This document shows, piece by piece, positions 11,925-23,782 of a stretch of DNA of 64,000 nucleotides (position 1 is the stretch's first letter; every line of letters starts with the position of its first letter). This DNA comes from Squalus acanthias. Taxonomy: Eukaryota. The DNA lies in NCBI GenBank assembly GCA_030390025.1, contig JASTWF010000341.1, forward strand, positions 62,001 through 126,000, given 5' to 3'. The notes under the pieces are model-generated. The model worked only from the letters and a program-made list of their open reading frames with translations. It ran no database searches and was not told where the DNA came from. Both the position numbers and the translations under genes were made by a program.

Positions 11925-12350
11925 TCCTATGTCTGTGCCACTTCACTTCCTATTGTAATGTTTTTTTCTGCCAGCTTTTCTATTATAAATTCCTATGTCC
12001 ACTTTTATAATAAAAAAGTGTCTATGTGAAAACAGTAATCTGAAGACAGCAGAGACAGGTATGACAGACGATATTCTCCAGCTTGCTATGTGCAACATTA
12101 CGGGCGATCGACGACTAATATATTAAAATTTTATGTCTATGCACACTTCCTGTCAACGTTTACCATTATCAATTCCTATGTCCACATATAAATGTGAAAC
12201 TACCTATGTTAACTTGTCATGTTGTCATTCCACCATCCCGCCCACAGCAGGTGCTGCAGTGCCAGCACTGGCAGGAAGGTGTAACTACAGTGTGCAAAGT
12301 TGACATAAGCAATTTCCATTATAAATGTGGACAGAAAGTTATAATGGAAA
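11925..12350. repeat. Cluster of three copies (two direct, one inverted) of the unassigned hairpin unit also at 1800-1920
   Basis: TATTATAAATTCCTATGTCCACTTTTATAATA (~11981-12012), CATTATCAATTCCTATGTCCACATATAAATG (~12164-12194), inverted CATTATAAATGTGGACAGAAAGTTATAATGG (~12317-12347). Confidence 0.55.
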
Positions 12351-12974
12351 TATAAAAATAAATACAGAATGTATGACTTTAAAATGGGGATTGAACCACA
12401 CCTGTGCCCCGGTCCAATTATCCTTTGGCCTCTAACTCCACTTTGCCTGATCTTGAATTCCCATATGCAACACTGCAGGAGATCTACTAATATATATAGA
12501 TGACATTTATACAACATTATGTTTGAGACCAACTCAAGTTATACTGGTGACTCTTGGACCAGAGAAAATGGAGCTCTGTGAGTGCATGCTTACACACATA
12601 CTTCTGTTTAAAATTAAGTGGCAATTGGATGTTGATTTTGTTAGCAAAAGTCAAAGGAACAGTCCACTCCGCTAATATTTAAAAGATAAAGAACGGTTGC
12701 TTGTACTTTTACTACAATCGGTTTGAAGCTTAAGTAGCACAAGACCGCTTCCTTACTGTTGTCTCGCACAGCTTGCCAAAACTGCTTTGCAATGAAGCAC
12801 AACGTCGAGTAGAACTGGCAAAAATAAAAGCATGGGTCTAATAAGAGGTACACAGCTATTTTGAGTGGTTGAGCCTCATTTCCATAACATCGTCGAGGAA
12901 ACAGCTTGATGATTGGAGAGAGACAAAAACCGGCAGCTCTGGCATGGAGCCCAGCTAGTACAGGCATTTAATGA

Positions 12975-13392
12975 TGGGGTATTGGGGGGGGGGGGAGGCG
13001 TTGGTCAATCCTGGAGGAATGCTGTGGAGCGCTAGACATTGCAGGAGTATTAATGCTCCTCCTGACTGCACAAAAAATCATTTTACACCCAAAACTTGCC
13101 TGTTTTTGAGGACCACTGGTTAGGCTGCTCCAGTGGGTGGCATGTGTGTGGTGCAAACTCCACCCATTGGTACTGAAAATTGCAAACAGGGTCCTACAAC
13201 TGGCGTAGGTCCTCAATTTGCATAGGCAATTAGGCACCCTCCGGTTTCAGGCAGGAGTGCTAGCCATCTATTTTCAAGCCTGCCTGAAAATTGTATTGGC
13301 AAGGCCTCGGGCAACCAATCTTATTTTTTTGATTTTCAACTGCCACCTGCTCTGTACTCCAGTGTAAACGGGGCAGGCAGCAGCTAAATATT
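12975..13392. mobile_element. Degraded MITE-like element, related to 15788-16374
   Basis: GC-rich island sharing an octamer (ATTTGCAT 13216-13223) next to a GGGTCCTA...TAGG hairpin. Ends not resolved. Confidence 0.35.
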
Positions 13393-14604
13393 GCTGAGTG
13401 AGTTACTGATTTCAGTCAAGATGCTGGGTACACACTGAGTGCAGACTGAGCACTTTCTGTTAGGAAATTTGCACTATGTCACTTGAAGTGTCACGGACAG
13501 GAATGTAGAGTGGATGTACTGTTTTTATTATGTTTCTAGCAGAACACCTGTGACATTGTTCATAGTAAGCTGGATGATATACTATTTTATAAGAACAGGG
13601 GTGTAATACCACATAATACACAATATATTTTTCTGCTAAGGTGGTGCTGTATTGCTTTAAAGTCTAACTGTTGTTAAGTAAACACTGGCTCAGGTCAGTC
13701 AGAGTTTAATTGTTGTTCGATCAGAAAACTGCAGATTGGAATATGCTTGTCAATTTCAGGCTATAGTTCAGAAGCACCCAGAACTTTAAGACTGTTTTGC
13801 ATCTGTATCTGTATCTAGTTTGTGTAACAATTAAACAGCTAATGTTATCATGAAACATGTTTTAAAAGCAGAAACGTTACACAGAACCATTAAAAATCTT
13901 TGTTGTTTTGTTCCTCTTCTTGCTGTTTTTTAAAACTCGTGTTTAAGCAGAATATGATGAGGTCATCTCAGCAAAGGGGGAAAAAAATCTTAGGGTAAAA
14001 TGTATTTATTCAATAGGTATTAACATGATTCAGAGGCTCAAGGGTGAAACACTCCCTCACACTTTTGTGGTTTATATCAATATGTGAACCCTTTAGAAAA
14101 AAATTATATTCACTGCACACAGAAAACATTTCAGCTACAACTTTGCTGTTTGCACAGAGATTATGTGTAAGTAGTATTTGTGAATATTGGTTCAGGTTCA
14201 AAGTTCAGCTAATCAGGCATCTGCTGGCTCGGTATAGAGAAGTCAGTAATAAACTCCTCCTGCACTGAAGTAGTGACAGTGTGCTCACATGCAAGCTGTG
14301 CTGGAGTCCCCCTGCTGGCTGAGCCAGTGAGTGTAAAGTGACAACCCTCAGTGAAAGGTATCAGTTTATGCAACAGGATGTCTGCTTTGACCCCATCAAT
14401 AGAGGCTGAGCCTGACACAGAAGACAAGTAAGTAAGGGTGCAGTACAATATGAATTGGCACAGGCATTATTCACCACAATCCTACTCTTTAAGAGTTGAA
14501 GCTCAATTTCTGGTTAACGTGTAAGGATACAATAGTGGGAAAAATAATAAGAATGAAGCAAAAATGTTGATTTCAACCAATTATATTTTAAATGGTTGTT
14601 TGTC

Positions 14605-15374
14605 TTCTTTTTATTCATTCACGGGATGTGGGCGTTGCTGGCGAAGCCAGCATTTATTGCCCATCCCTAATTGCCTTTGAGAAGGTGGTAGTGAGCTGCC
14701 TTCCTGAACCGCTGCAGTCTGTGTGGTGAAGGTACTCCCACAGTGCTGTTAGGGAGGGAGTTCCAGGATTTTGACCCAGCAACAATGAAGGAACGGCGAT
14801 ATATTTCCAAGTCAGGATGGTGTGTGACTTGGAGCGGAACTTGGAGGTGGTGGTGTTCCCATGCACCTACTGCCCTTGTCCTTCTAGGTGGTAGCGGTCA
14901 CGCGTGTGGGAGGTGCTGTTGAAGAAGCCTTGGCGAGTTGCTACAGTGCATCTTGTAGATGGTACACACTGCAGCCACGGTGCGCCGGTGGTGGAGGGAG
15001 TGAATGTTTAAGGTGGTGGATGGGGTGCCAATCAAGCGGGCTGCTTTGTCCTGAATGGTGTCGAGCTTCTTGATTGTTGTTAGAGCTGCATGCATCCAAG
15101 CAAGTGGAGAGTATTCCATCACACTCCTGACTTGTGCCTTGTAGATGGTGGAAAGGCTTTGAGAGTCAGGAGGCGAGTCACTCGCCGCAGAATACCCAGC
15201 CTCTGACCTGCTTTTGTGGCCACAGTATTTATATGGCTGGTTAAGTTAAGTTTCTGGTCAATGGTGACCCCCAGGATGTTGATGGTGGAGGATTCGATGA
15301 TGGTAATGCCATTGAATGTCAAAGGGAGGTGGTAAGACTTTCTCTTGTTGCAGACGGTCATTCCCTGGCACTTG
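14605..15374 (-). mobile_element. LINE 3' fragment, CR1/Jockey group, clade unassigned (family B)
   Basis: ILGVTIDQKL, MEYSPLAWM, IQDKAARLIG. The 3' UTR GGGCAATAAATGCTGG...CACATCCC and A-rich tail are shared with 21869, 29034 and 32039. Confidence 0.88.
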
Positions 15375-15787
15375 CCATCCATATTTGTTTTGAATAATAA
15401 TGTATTTATAATTATTATACCCACTTATATATTGTTGAACATTTCGCACTCTTATTACTGCTGATGTTGACAAAGCTGCATGATACTATGTGCAGTATAG
15501 ACCTGTTAAATAAAATACTTACAGCAGAAATGTTTTAATTTGCTGCAAATAAAGACTATCTGAAGATGATATTGATTGTAGTGTTTGAGTGATTTCTTTG
15601 AAAGGAATTAATCTGATGCTGATGTAATGCTGCTTACAGGGCCCACCAGTAATCAACAGCACCAGTCAAGAGATTAGTTTGATATAATTCATTTTTATGA
15701 AGCTCTGCTTTGAAATCAATAGATATGAATAAATATGTTGGTTAATTTTTTTTTGTAAATCAAAAACTAATGGTTGACAGTCAGAGT

Positions 15788-16374
15788 GGGGACAATTCTA
15801 ACTTGGCAAAATCGATGTTAAGGCCTCATAATGGGGTTGATAGATTTACCTCCTCGTTAACACTGACGTTATGACTGCTGCCATTTTTAAAGGGGCCTAC
15901 TGCTGGGCGGCCAAAGCGCCCACCTGTTTCAGGCAGCAGGCCCTTTTAATATGCAAATCAGGGTCCTATGATGTACATAGGACCCCCGCTGCCATACTGG
16001 GAGACAACTACATGCTTCACCTAGTTTTACTGGCTGCACAGCCAAAAAGGAGCAAAAAAGGTAAGTTTAAGATTATTCTTGTGGGGCCAGGACAGGCCCC
16101 ACAAAAATAATCCCAGCCACTGCCGCCCCGAGCCCGCCCTCCACGATTGTGACCACCTCCCACCCCTTACCTCGCTGATGACCGGGCGACGTCTGGACTG
16201 CTCGATATTGTGCCGGCCCGAGCGGCATCGGGATGTTTTATTGGGGCAGGAAGCTCGTCAGTTCTATTTAACTAAGGCCCAGACCTCAAAATGGCTGCGG
16301 CTCCTTCGCTTCTGGTGCGGGCGAGGGGCCGTCGAGATCTGCCGGTCGGCCACCCTAAACTTCAAACCTACCCC
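15788..16374. mobile_element. Probable Harbinger-type MITE, degraded
   Basis: GC/CpG-rich island bounded by GGGG...CCCC with weak TIRs. AGT on both flanks (15785-15787, 16375-16377). Confidence 0.5.
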
Positions 16375-19300
16375 AGTGTGTCTATCGATGGTGCTGTCTC
16401 CGTGGTGCTTTTTAGAAGAAGCAGATCTACCACCGATGTAGGATCTGAGCCTGCGTGTGACATGCTGCGTGTCTGTCACATACAGGCTTGTTCCCTCCGT
16501 GGAGTGGAATCCGAAACAGAAATACGCCCGACGTGCAGCATGCAAACATGATAAGATTTATAACAACCTTTCATTTGTGATACACACTTAAACAAACCAC
16601 AGCCATGAACCTCTCAGTACAAGCTGGTCATCTCCAAAATTAAAAATGAACTCATTTGCCATCTGATTATTTTTCCAACTAGAGTTGGAATAACCAATGT
16701 GTCTTGCAGAGGACATCTAGGCTGTACTTTCCATATCAAGGAGTAAAATTTAAATAATTTAATAATTCTTTTCCTCTCAGAAAAAATTCTTAGTATGTAT
16801 AGACTGTAACCATTAAGACGCAACATTCTGGAAGGCCTGCCCATGTATTAATCCAATTATTCAAATGTCAGTTACAACTGTCAATTACTGATTCCCATAG
16901 TTCAGCAAAAGTGTTAAAAATTAAAACTGTTTTAGTCCATTTAGTCTATTTGCCTTTTTAATGTAAAAAGCATAGTGTTGACAAAAAGTTTGGGGATTTA
17001 ACAAGGAACACAGATGGACTCAGGCTGCTGTGCATATACATAATTTACAGCAGAAATTTCTACACTATTTAAAAATTTACTAAAGTATGTATCTCTAAAA
17101 TGCTAATTCCAAGGCAATACTCTGTAGCTGTCACCATCAGTTGGGAGAATTCAGTTATGTACAAACTGTACATTGCTGAATGTGGAAAGAGAAAGTAAAT
17201 GGAATCAGAGAAAATAACTCTGTCCCTAGCACAAAGCCCCCAGCCTCAGACTAACTGACAGCACTGAATCCCAACAACATCTAACATGCTCTTCCTGTGG
17301 AGAAGACAGCCTGTTCTCAGAGTCTTAATTACATCCCAGCTGACTGCCCAGCTTTGCTAGAACAGGCAACAAACGACGCACCTTCACCAGCAATATGGTC
17401 TGTTAACTGACTCCCACTCAACAGAAAGAAAATTTCACAATGAGCAGAGGAAAACGAGTGAGCAGTGAGGGTAAACAGCAATCAGGAGTATGAGAAACAT
17501 CTCTTCCCAGAGTCCTTCATGACTGACAAGCTGTAGAATGAAACAAACTAGCTGAACTAAAATTAAAAATAAACTCTTCAAGTGCAAAGTGCCTCACCAA
17601 GGACTACTCTCCTCAGACATAAGCCAGTCTGCCTATTAATAAAGGAGGCAAGAGAAGCACCAAACTGCTTAGGCCATTATAATTAAAGACTAACAGCATG
17701 CCACAGTCTGCATTTGCAAATGGTATCATATGTATTCCAGACCATTTGTCAGGATACCAGAGTTACTTAACTCTCTAAGGCCTATACGGCAATCTAGTCC
17801 AATGCATGGCAAGGACAGAATTTGAAATTTATTAGAAAGAAAATCAATGAGGACAGGCTCTTGGGTTGTATAATTTCATCTTGTGATTTTACAGGAAACT
17901 ACTTTGCTACAAAGATGAAACATTAAACTTAGTGCAAAGGGAGTTAAAATACCTAATTTTAATAAAATGTATTTAAATAATATGATACCCCAATGACCTA
18001 ATAGTACAGAAGGTTCCCTGATGAGGTTATGTTAGTCCTGTCTCATACATGTGGTTGCAAGATTGAGTCCAATCGTTTGAACTCTTGATCATTGTTCTTT
18101 GAATAGGTTAAACATTATTGACTATTAACTAACCTCCCAGGAGGGATTGTTCTGTCAAGTTAGGTAGGGCATTCTAATTAGGGTGGAGCCAAAGATTCTG
18201 TCCCTCTCAGCCTATAACGAACACACATAAGTGGGCTAAGTCATGGGGCAAAGTGACATGAAAAGTCTGTCTCCCTCTTTAGTAAAGAAAGGGTAGTGTA
18301 CAGCTATGATAAGGGAAGATGGGGGTAATCAAAAAGGGAAAAGGTAATAAATTTGCCAAAATTAAATGACTTATGGTACTTCGATCACATAGACATGATA
18401 TATTTTCAACTCATTATCAAACACTAACTGCACAGTTGTTTGTCATCTATGTTAGATATACAGGAGTACGTAGTAAAAATAATTGCATTACAACTGCCAT
18501 GTCATGGCGACTAGACCACTAATAAGGTTAAATTATTGTTAATAAATGTACATAATGATTATAATTATATAATATACGTTAGATGGTGATCTTTCTGTAA
18601 TCTGCTTTTAATCATAGTTTAGCTCTTCTGCTTTCTATGGTGAAATGAAGAGTTTATTAAACCTTGTAACCCTCAAACAGCTGATGATTTATTTGCTCCT
18701 GGAAAGCCAGAGCAATCTCTTTCTTTATTACCGGTACTACTTTTGAATATATTGCATGTCATAAGGAAATTTTACCTCAGGGCTATGAAGCCAAAGTTTA
18801 ATCTTCATCTTAATGATGAGATCCTATGTGTGCCATAATTATTTGTAATAGCCCTAGAAGCAGCCAAGGAATGTACTTACTGCTGAATTGAATCTCCTCC
18901 ACTGGAAAGTGTGAACATTAAAACTAGACAATTGGGTGTTGTTAGAGGAGGAAGGCAATAATAATTAGGATGGCAATTAGATTAGCGTTCCATTCTAGGT
19001 TCATATTAGAGTTCAGCAGTTATATAAAGGGTATCCCTTAAGCCAAGTGAGTTAAATAGCTTACCTTGTCTGAGGGAAGGCACCAAATCCAAATAAAAGT
19101 ATCTTATTTTGAACAGTAGCTATTTAATAGTCCCTGTATTAATAAGAATGCCTGTTTAAAGGGAACATTCATGCATTTCTGACAAATTATGCTTACTTGA
19201 AGGTGAACATTTCTGTGATGTAATCAACATAAAACACTGAATCCCTTATGTTATATTGAGATCTTTGAGCCAACTTACATCAAAATCAGTGTAAACATGC

Positions 19301-20139
19301 TGTGAAAATCATAGTACAAGACTGTCAAAACCTAGTCCACTCAAGCTGTGCCACCTCTATTGAGACCCACCCAAAGTAGTGGTCCAGCAATGCATTGTGT
19401 TAATTCCAGTCTGATATCTGGAGCTGACAGAAAATCCCCAAATCCAATGCAAGTCATGTTGCTGCAGTGGCACAATGTATATCAAGGGTACTCTGTACCT
19501 AACTAACGGTGTCAGTCTGACCCTTAGGGCAGAAGATGGATTTCCAGATTACACAATCACATGGACTGGGTGCTCTAGCTTCCTCCGAGACTCAAACTGC
19601 CATTAAGCATGCTCAGTGGTGCTTTGCGTTTCAGAGGAAGCTGCACCACCTGACCCTGTGTGCTTGCCAAACACACTGGATGAGTAAGCCAGAATTATTC
19701 AAGGCACCTAACTCACACCAGCAGGTGACAAAGGCATTATCACATCCTTGTGTCTCACACAGCCTTTCTCCAAACAGTAAGACCATTAAACAGCTGCCAG
19801 CATTTTGTGAGACAGGACAAGGTCTGCTGGGTCCCCTCAGGGAGTGTTTGCAATGGGAACAGGGTTTTGCCATCTTTTTCATTTCTACAAGCCGAGCACC
19901 ACTGCAATCCACACCCTTAATAGGAACAAGTCGATAAAATTATATTTTACACAAGGGTCTCTCATTAAGATGCCTCCACTGGATCTGGTTATCGTGGGAG
20001 GAAAAGTAAGACATTTTGAGAGCAAGAAATGATCCAACAAATTTCCTCTTTTGGATTAATTTCAATTCCATTTTCTTGCCTTCACAGCACATCCCTCAAT
20101 CTCATATTTTGCCAGGATACCATATTTCAAACGTCTAAT

Positions 20140-20885
20140 GCTCTTTCTGTAAAATAGTTCTGCCTGATTTCCCAGTTACCCTTAGTTTTCAATTGTATTT
20201 AAAATATGTTCCCTAGTTTTTAAAACCTTCATCATTCTGAACAATTTGCCTGGATATCTTTATCATCTTCAGAATTTTGAAAACTTTTGCCAGGTCACCT
20301 TCATTTTTGCCAGATCTTCTTTAACAGCAGAAAATAGTTGAACTTCCTTAATCTTTCTTCATAACTTAGTTCTCAAGATCTGATATCATCTTAGTTGGTT
20401 GCATCATTCTGTACCTTATCAATGTCTGTAATATACTTCCTGTGGTTTGGTGACCAGTAATGCACAAGAAATCCAGATAGGGTCCAACCAGTAATTTATG
20501 TAATAGTAATATCACTTCTCTTGATCTGTATCACTCTGTTACTGCAATCTTACACCTTGTTTGCCTTTCTACTACAAACATGCAACAGCCTAATGATTTC
20601 AATCACCCTAAATCCCTTTCCTGATCAGTACATAACAGACTTTTCCTTCAACATGTACTCTTAATCTGAGTCTGCTGTTTCAAAACCAATTATTTTATGT
20701 TTTTCTGTATTAAACTGTATTTGTTATTGACTGCTGCCTGACCTGCTGAGTATTTCCAGCATTTTCTGATTTTATTTGTTATTGACTGGCCCAGTTTCCC
20801 CCAAAATCCAAATCCTCCTAAATCTGGTTGCACTGTTCATCATATATTGCCACCAAATTTGGTATCAATTGCAAAATTGGGGACT
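20140..20885 (-). mobile_element. Ancient degraded CR1 3' fragment
   Basis: Minus strand at ~20855-20875 reads FAIDTKFG (FADDTK-like), followed by CR1 C-terminal-like sequence. Boundaries approximate. Confidence 0.55.
20734..20772 (+). mobile_element. 39-nt Penelope-like fragment with 16-bp TSD
   Basis: CTGCCTGACCTGCTGAGTATTTCCAGCATTTTCTG matches ~49077-49111. Flanked by TATTTGTTATTGACTG (20718-20733, 20773-20788). Confidence 0.75.
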
Positions 20886-21307
20886 TTAGAGTTTTTTCAC
20901 CATGAGATGTTTTACTACATTAAAGCTGCTATATAAATGCAAGTTGTTGGCGTTGTTTATCCTGTCACTTAAGTCATTTATATATCAGGTGATCTCCTGT
21001 GGCATTGCATCTGGACAATCTCAGGTCTGAAGCAACTGATGCTTAGCTGCCAAGACAGATCAATGTTTAACCTGCCCTGTCCATTTAAGGCCACTGCTCA
21101 TACACTCCCCGTGGCGACGTGATCTAAATAGGTATACCCCAACATCAATTAGAGACTAATTGTTGAGGCATGTCTTTGTAACTTGGTAGTTGCCTAGCAT
21201 CTGCCCTTGGTGAGAGGCCAGGTTATCAAGATCAAAATAATTACTGCCTTTTTGACTTTTAACACTTTGAAGTGTGACTAGACGCAAGACTTTTGCATAC
21301 ATAGATA

Positions 21308-21671
21308 CAGGAAACTCTTTATTAACCGGCACCCAAATATCCGGAAATCTCTCTTAACCGGCAAAATTCTTGAGTAGGTAACCGGGGTTTTCCTTCATCT
21401 CTCGTTTAAAATTAACTTTAAAAAAACCCCCGAGGCGTTTGCCTTGTATCGGAGCGTGTAGATTGGGAGGGGAATGTGTAGCCCGGGTAGCCAGCGGACA
21501 CGACAGATGGTCAGCTGGCGGTACCTGGGGAGACGGAGCTCCGAATGCAGGCGCATGTCAATGTGTACGGGGCTCTCGTACGTTGGGAGATATAACTCTC
21601 CATTATCCGGACTTTTTGATTAACCGGAACCACGCCGGTCCCGTCGGTGCCGGTTAATAAAGAGTTTCCTG
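21308..21671. mobile_element. Tc1/mariner-pogo (Tigger-like) MITE, 364 bp
   Basis: Perfect 26-bp TIRs CAGGAAACTCTTTATTAACCGGCACC (21308-21333, 21646-21671). TA TSD. Subterminal T(T/A)A(A/T)CCGG repeats. Confidence 0.9.
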
Positions 21672-21868
21672 TAGTATAAACAGGAGACGGAGACCTGGGA
21701 GAGTAGAAGATTACAGAACTTAAAAATACACAGGAGGGGTGGGTAATTTTAACGCAAGCTGCTGGGTGGGAAATGGGAGGATTCAGTTCGACCGTCCAAT
21801 TTTACTCTCCATTGATTTTCAAAAAAATATCTACAACATTGGAAGATTTGTGACATGTTTCAGCAGAA

Positions 21869-22487
21869 TTTTTTTTTATTCGTTCATGGGATGTGGGCGT
21901 CGCTGGAAAGGCCAGCATTTATTGCCCATCCCTAATTGCCCTTGAGAAGGTGGTGGTGAGCCGCCTTCTTGAACCGTTGCAGTCCGTGTGGTGAAGGTGC
22001 TCCCACAGTGCTGTTAGGGAGGGAGTTCCAGGATTTTGACCCAGCGACGATGAAGGAATGGCGATATACTTCTAAGTCAGGATGGTGTGTGACGTGGAGG
22101 GGAATTTGGAGGTGGTGGTGTTCCCATGCGCCTGCTGCCCTTGTCCTTCTAGGTGGTAGAGGTCGTGAGTTTGGGAGGTGCTGCCGAAGAAGCCTTGGCA
22201 AGCTGCTGCAGTGCATCTTGTAGATGGTACACACTGCAGCCACGGTACGCCAGTGGAGGAGGGAGTGAATGTTTAAGGTGGTGGATGGGGCGCCAATCAA
22301 GCAGGCTGCTTTGCTCTGGATGGTGTCAAGCTTCTTAGTGCTGTTGGAGCTGCACTCATCCAGGCAAGTGGAGAGTATTCCATCACACTCCTTACTTGTG
22401 CCTTGTAGATGGTGGAAAGGCTTTGGGGAGTCAAGAGGGGAGACACTCGCCGCAGAATACCTAGCCTCTAACCTGCTCTTGTTGCCA
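21869..22487 (-). mobile_element. LINE family B 3' fragment
   Basis: Closely similar to 14605-15374 and 32039-33237. T-rich tail at ~21869-21878. Confidence 0.88.
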
Positions 22488-22817
22488 CTCTACTGCTACT
22501 AAGTTATTTCATTGTAACAATCCACAGCACCAAATTCAATTTGGAGTATGCAAATGATCTGGACATTCTACATTGTATTTAGCACCGTGGATTGTTTGAA
22601 TTAAGGTGTGAGTGGTGCATTGCTAGGAAGAGGATAGAAGCAGCGCTAAAGTGGCACCACAAGGGGTATGCTTAATGATAAGCACTAGGCTTGGAATTGT
22701 CTGACAATGCAAATTGTGACAATATAGCAGTGTTCTCAGGAAACAAATTAAAGTTGCTTTTACACTAAAGGAGTGTGGCTGATGGCAAACATACTGCTCT
22801 TTCTCTCTGCAAGTTGA

Positions 22818-23288
22818 AAAGAAAAGACGTGCATTTATATAGCGCCTTTCATGACCTCAGGACGTCCCAAATTGCTTTATAGCCAATGAAGTACTTTTGA
22901 AGTGTAGTCATTGCTGTAATGTAAGAAACACGGCAGCCAATCTGCACACAGCAAGCTCCCACAAACAGCAATGTGATAATGACCAGATAATCTGTTTTTT
23001 TAGTGATGTTGATTGTGGGATAAATATTGGCCAGGACACCGGGGATAACTCCACTGCTCATCTTTGAAATATTGCCATGGGATCTTTTATGTCCACTTGA
23101 GAGAGCATACAGGGCCTCGGTTTAACATCTCATCTGAAAGACGGCACCTCCGACAGTGCAGCACTCCCTCAGCACTGCTCTGGAGCGTCTGCCTAGATCT
23201 TTTGTGCTCAAGTCTCTGGAGTGAGACTTGAACCCACAACCTTTTGACTCAGAGGCGAGAGTGCTACCCACTGAGCCACGGTTGACAC
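22818..23288 (-). mobile_element. Near full-length tRNA-derived SINE of Deu-SINE (SacSINE1/AmnSINE-like) type
   Basis: Minus-strand A-box TGGCTCAGTGG and B-box GGTTCAAGTCT at the head, a Deu-like central domain, and an L2-like tail GGCGCTATATAAATGCA. Family name from recognition, not search. Confidence 0.8.
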
Positions 23289-23364
23289 AACTCATTTGTA
23301 AATATGTTGGCCTGTAGTAAACCAATGACCATTAAAAGTGTGGGCCTATGAACCTACTGGATTG

Positions 23365-23463
23365 AGGTTCTGATGAAGGATGCATATGCAAAACATAACC
23401 TGCCTTTTTTCTTCCTAGATGCTGACTGACCTGTTGTGTATTTCCAGCATTTTCTGTTTTTAT
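23365..23463 (+). mobile_element. Degraded Penelope-like fragment with decayed hammerhead core
   Basis: AGGTT-CTGATGA-A...AAAACAT-AACCT, then GATGCTGACTGACCTGTTGTGTATTTCCAGCATTTTCTG, homologous to 49023-49115. Confidence 0.6.
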
Positions 23464-23782
23464 GGCGGATTAAGGCCACATTCTGCAGGAACATAAATAT
23501 GGGGAGCAGTTTCAGCACGGTCCAAATTATATATTCCTTTACAGTGCAAGACACTTCCAAGTAATAGTAACCTTACAAGGAGTGATCAAATGGTTTCCCA
23601 ATAACATAAAATTGAAGTTATTATTTACTTCTAAATATCTTCTGGTAGATTTGTATTTAAATAGCAGATGGAAATGTCAACTTGACTAAGTTAGTAGAAC
23701 TCTCACCTCTCAGTCAGTAGGTTTTAGATTCAAGCTTCACTCCTGGGCTTGAGCACATAATCCATGCCAATGTGTTAGATGT

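Noticed and set aside
12771..12841. Possible terminal exon after TTGTCTCGCACAG (LPKLLCNEAQRRVELAKIKAWV*)
   Set aside because: Short, with no recognisable homology and no partner exons.
14350..14434. Possible exon ending at donor AA|GTAAGT
   Set aside because: No convincing acceptor, an upstream in-frame stop, and an unrecognised peptide.
23215..23288. tRNA gene
   Set aside because: The A and B boxes belong to a SINE head that continues into the SINE body and tail. No full cloverleaf.
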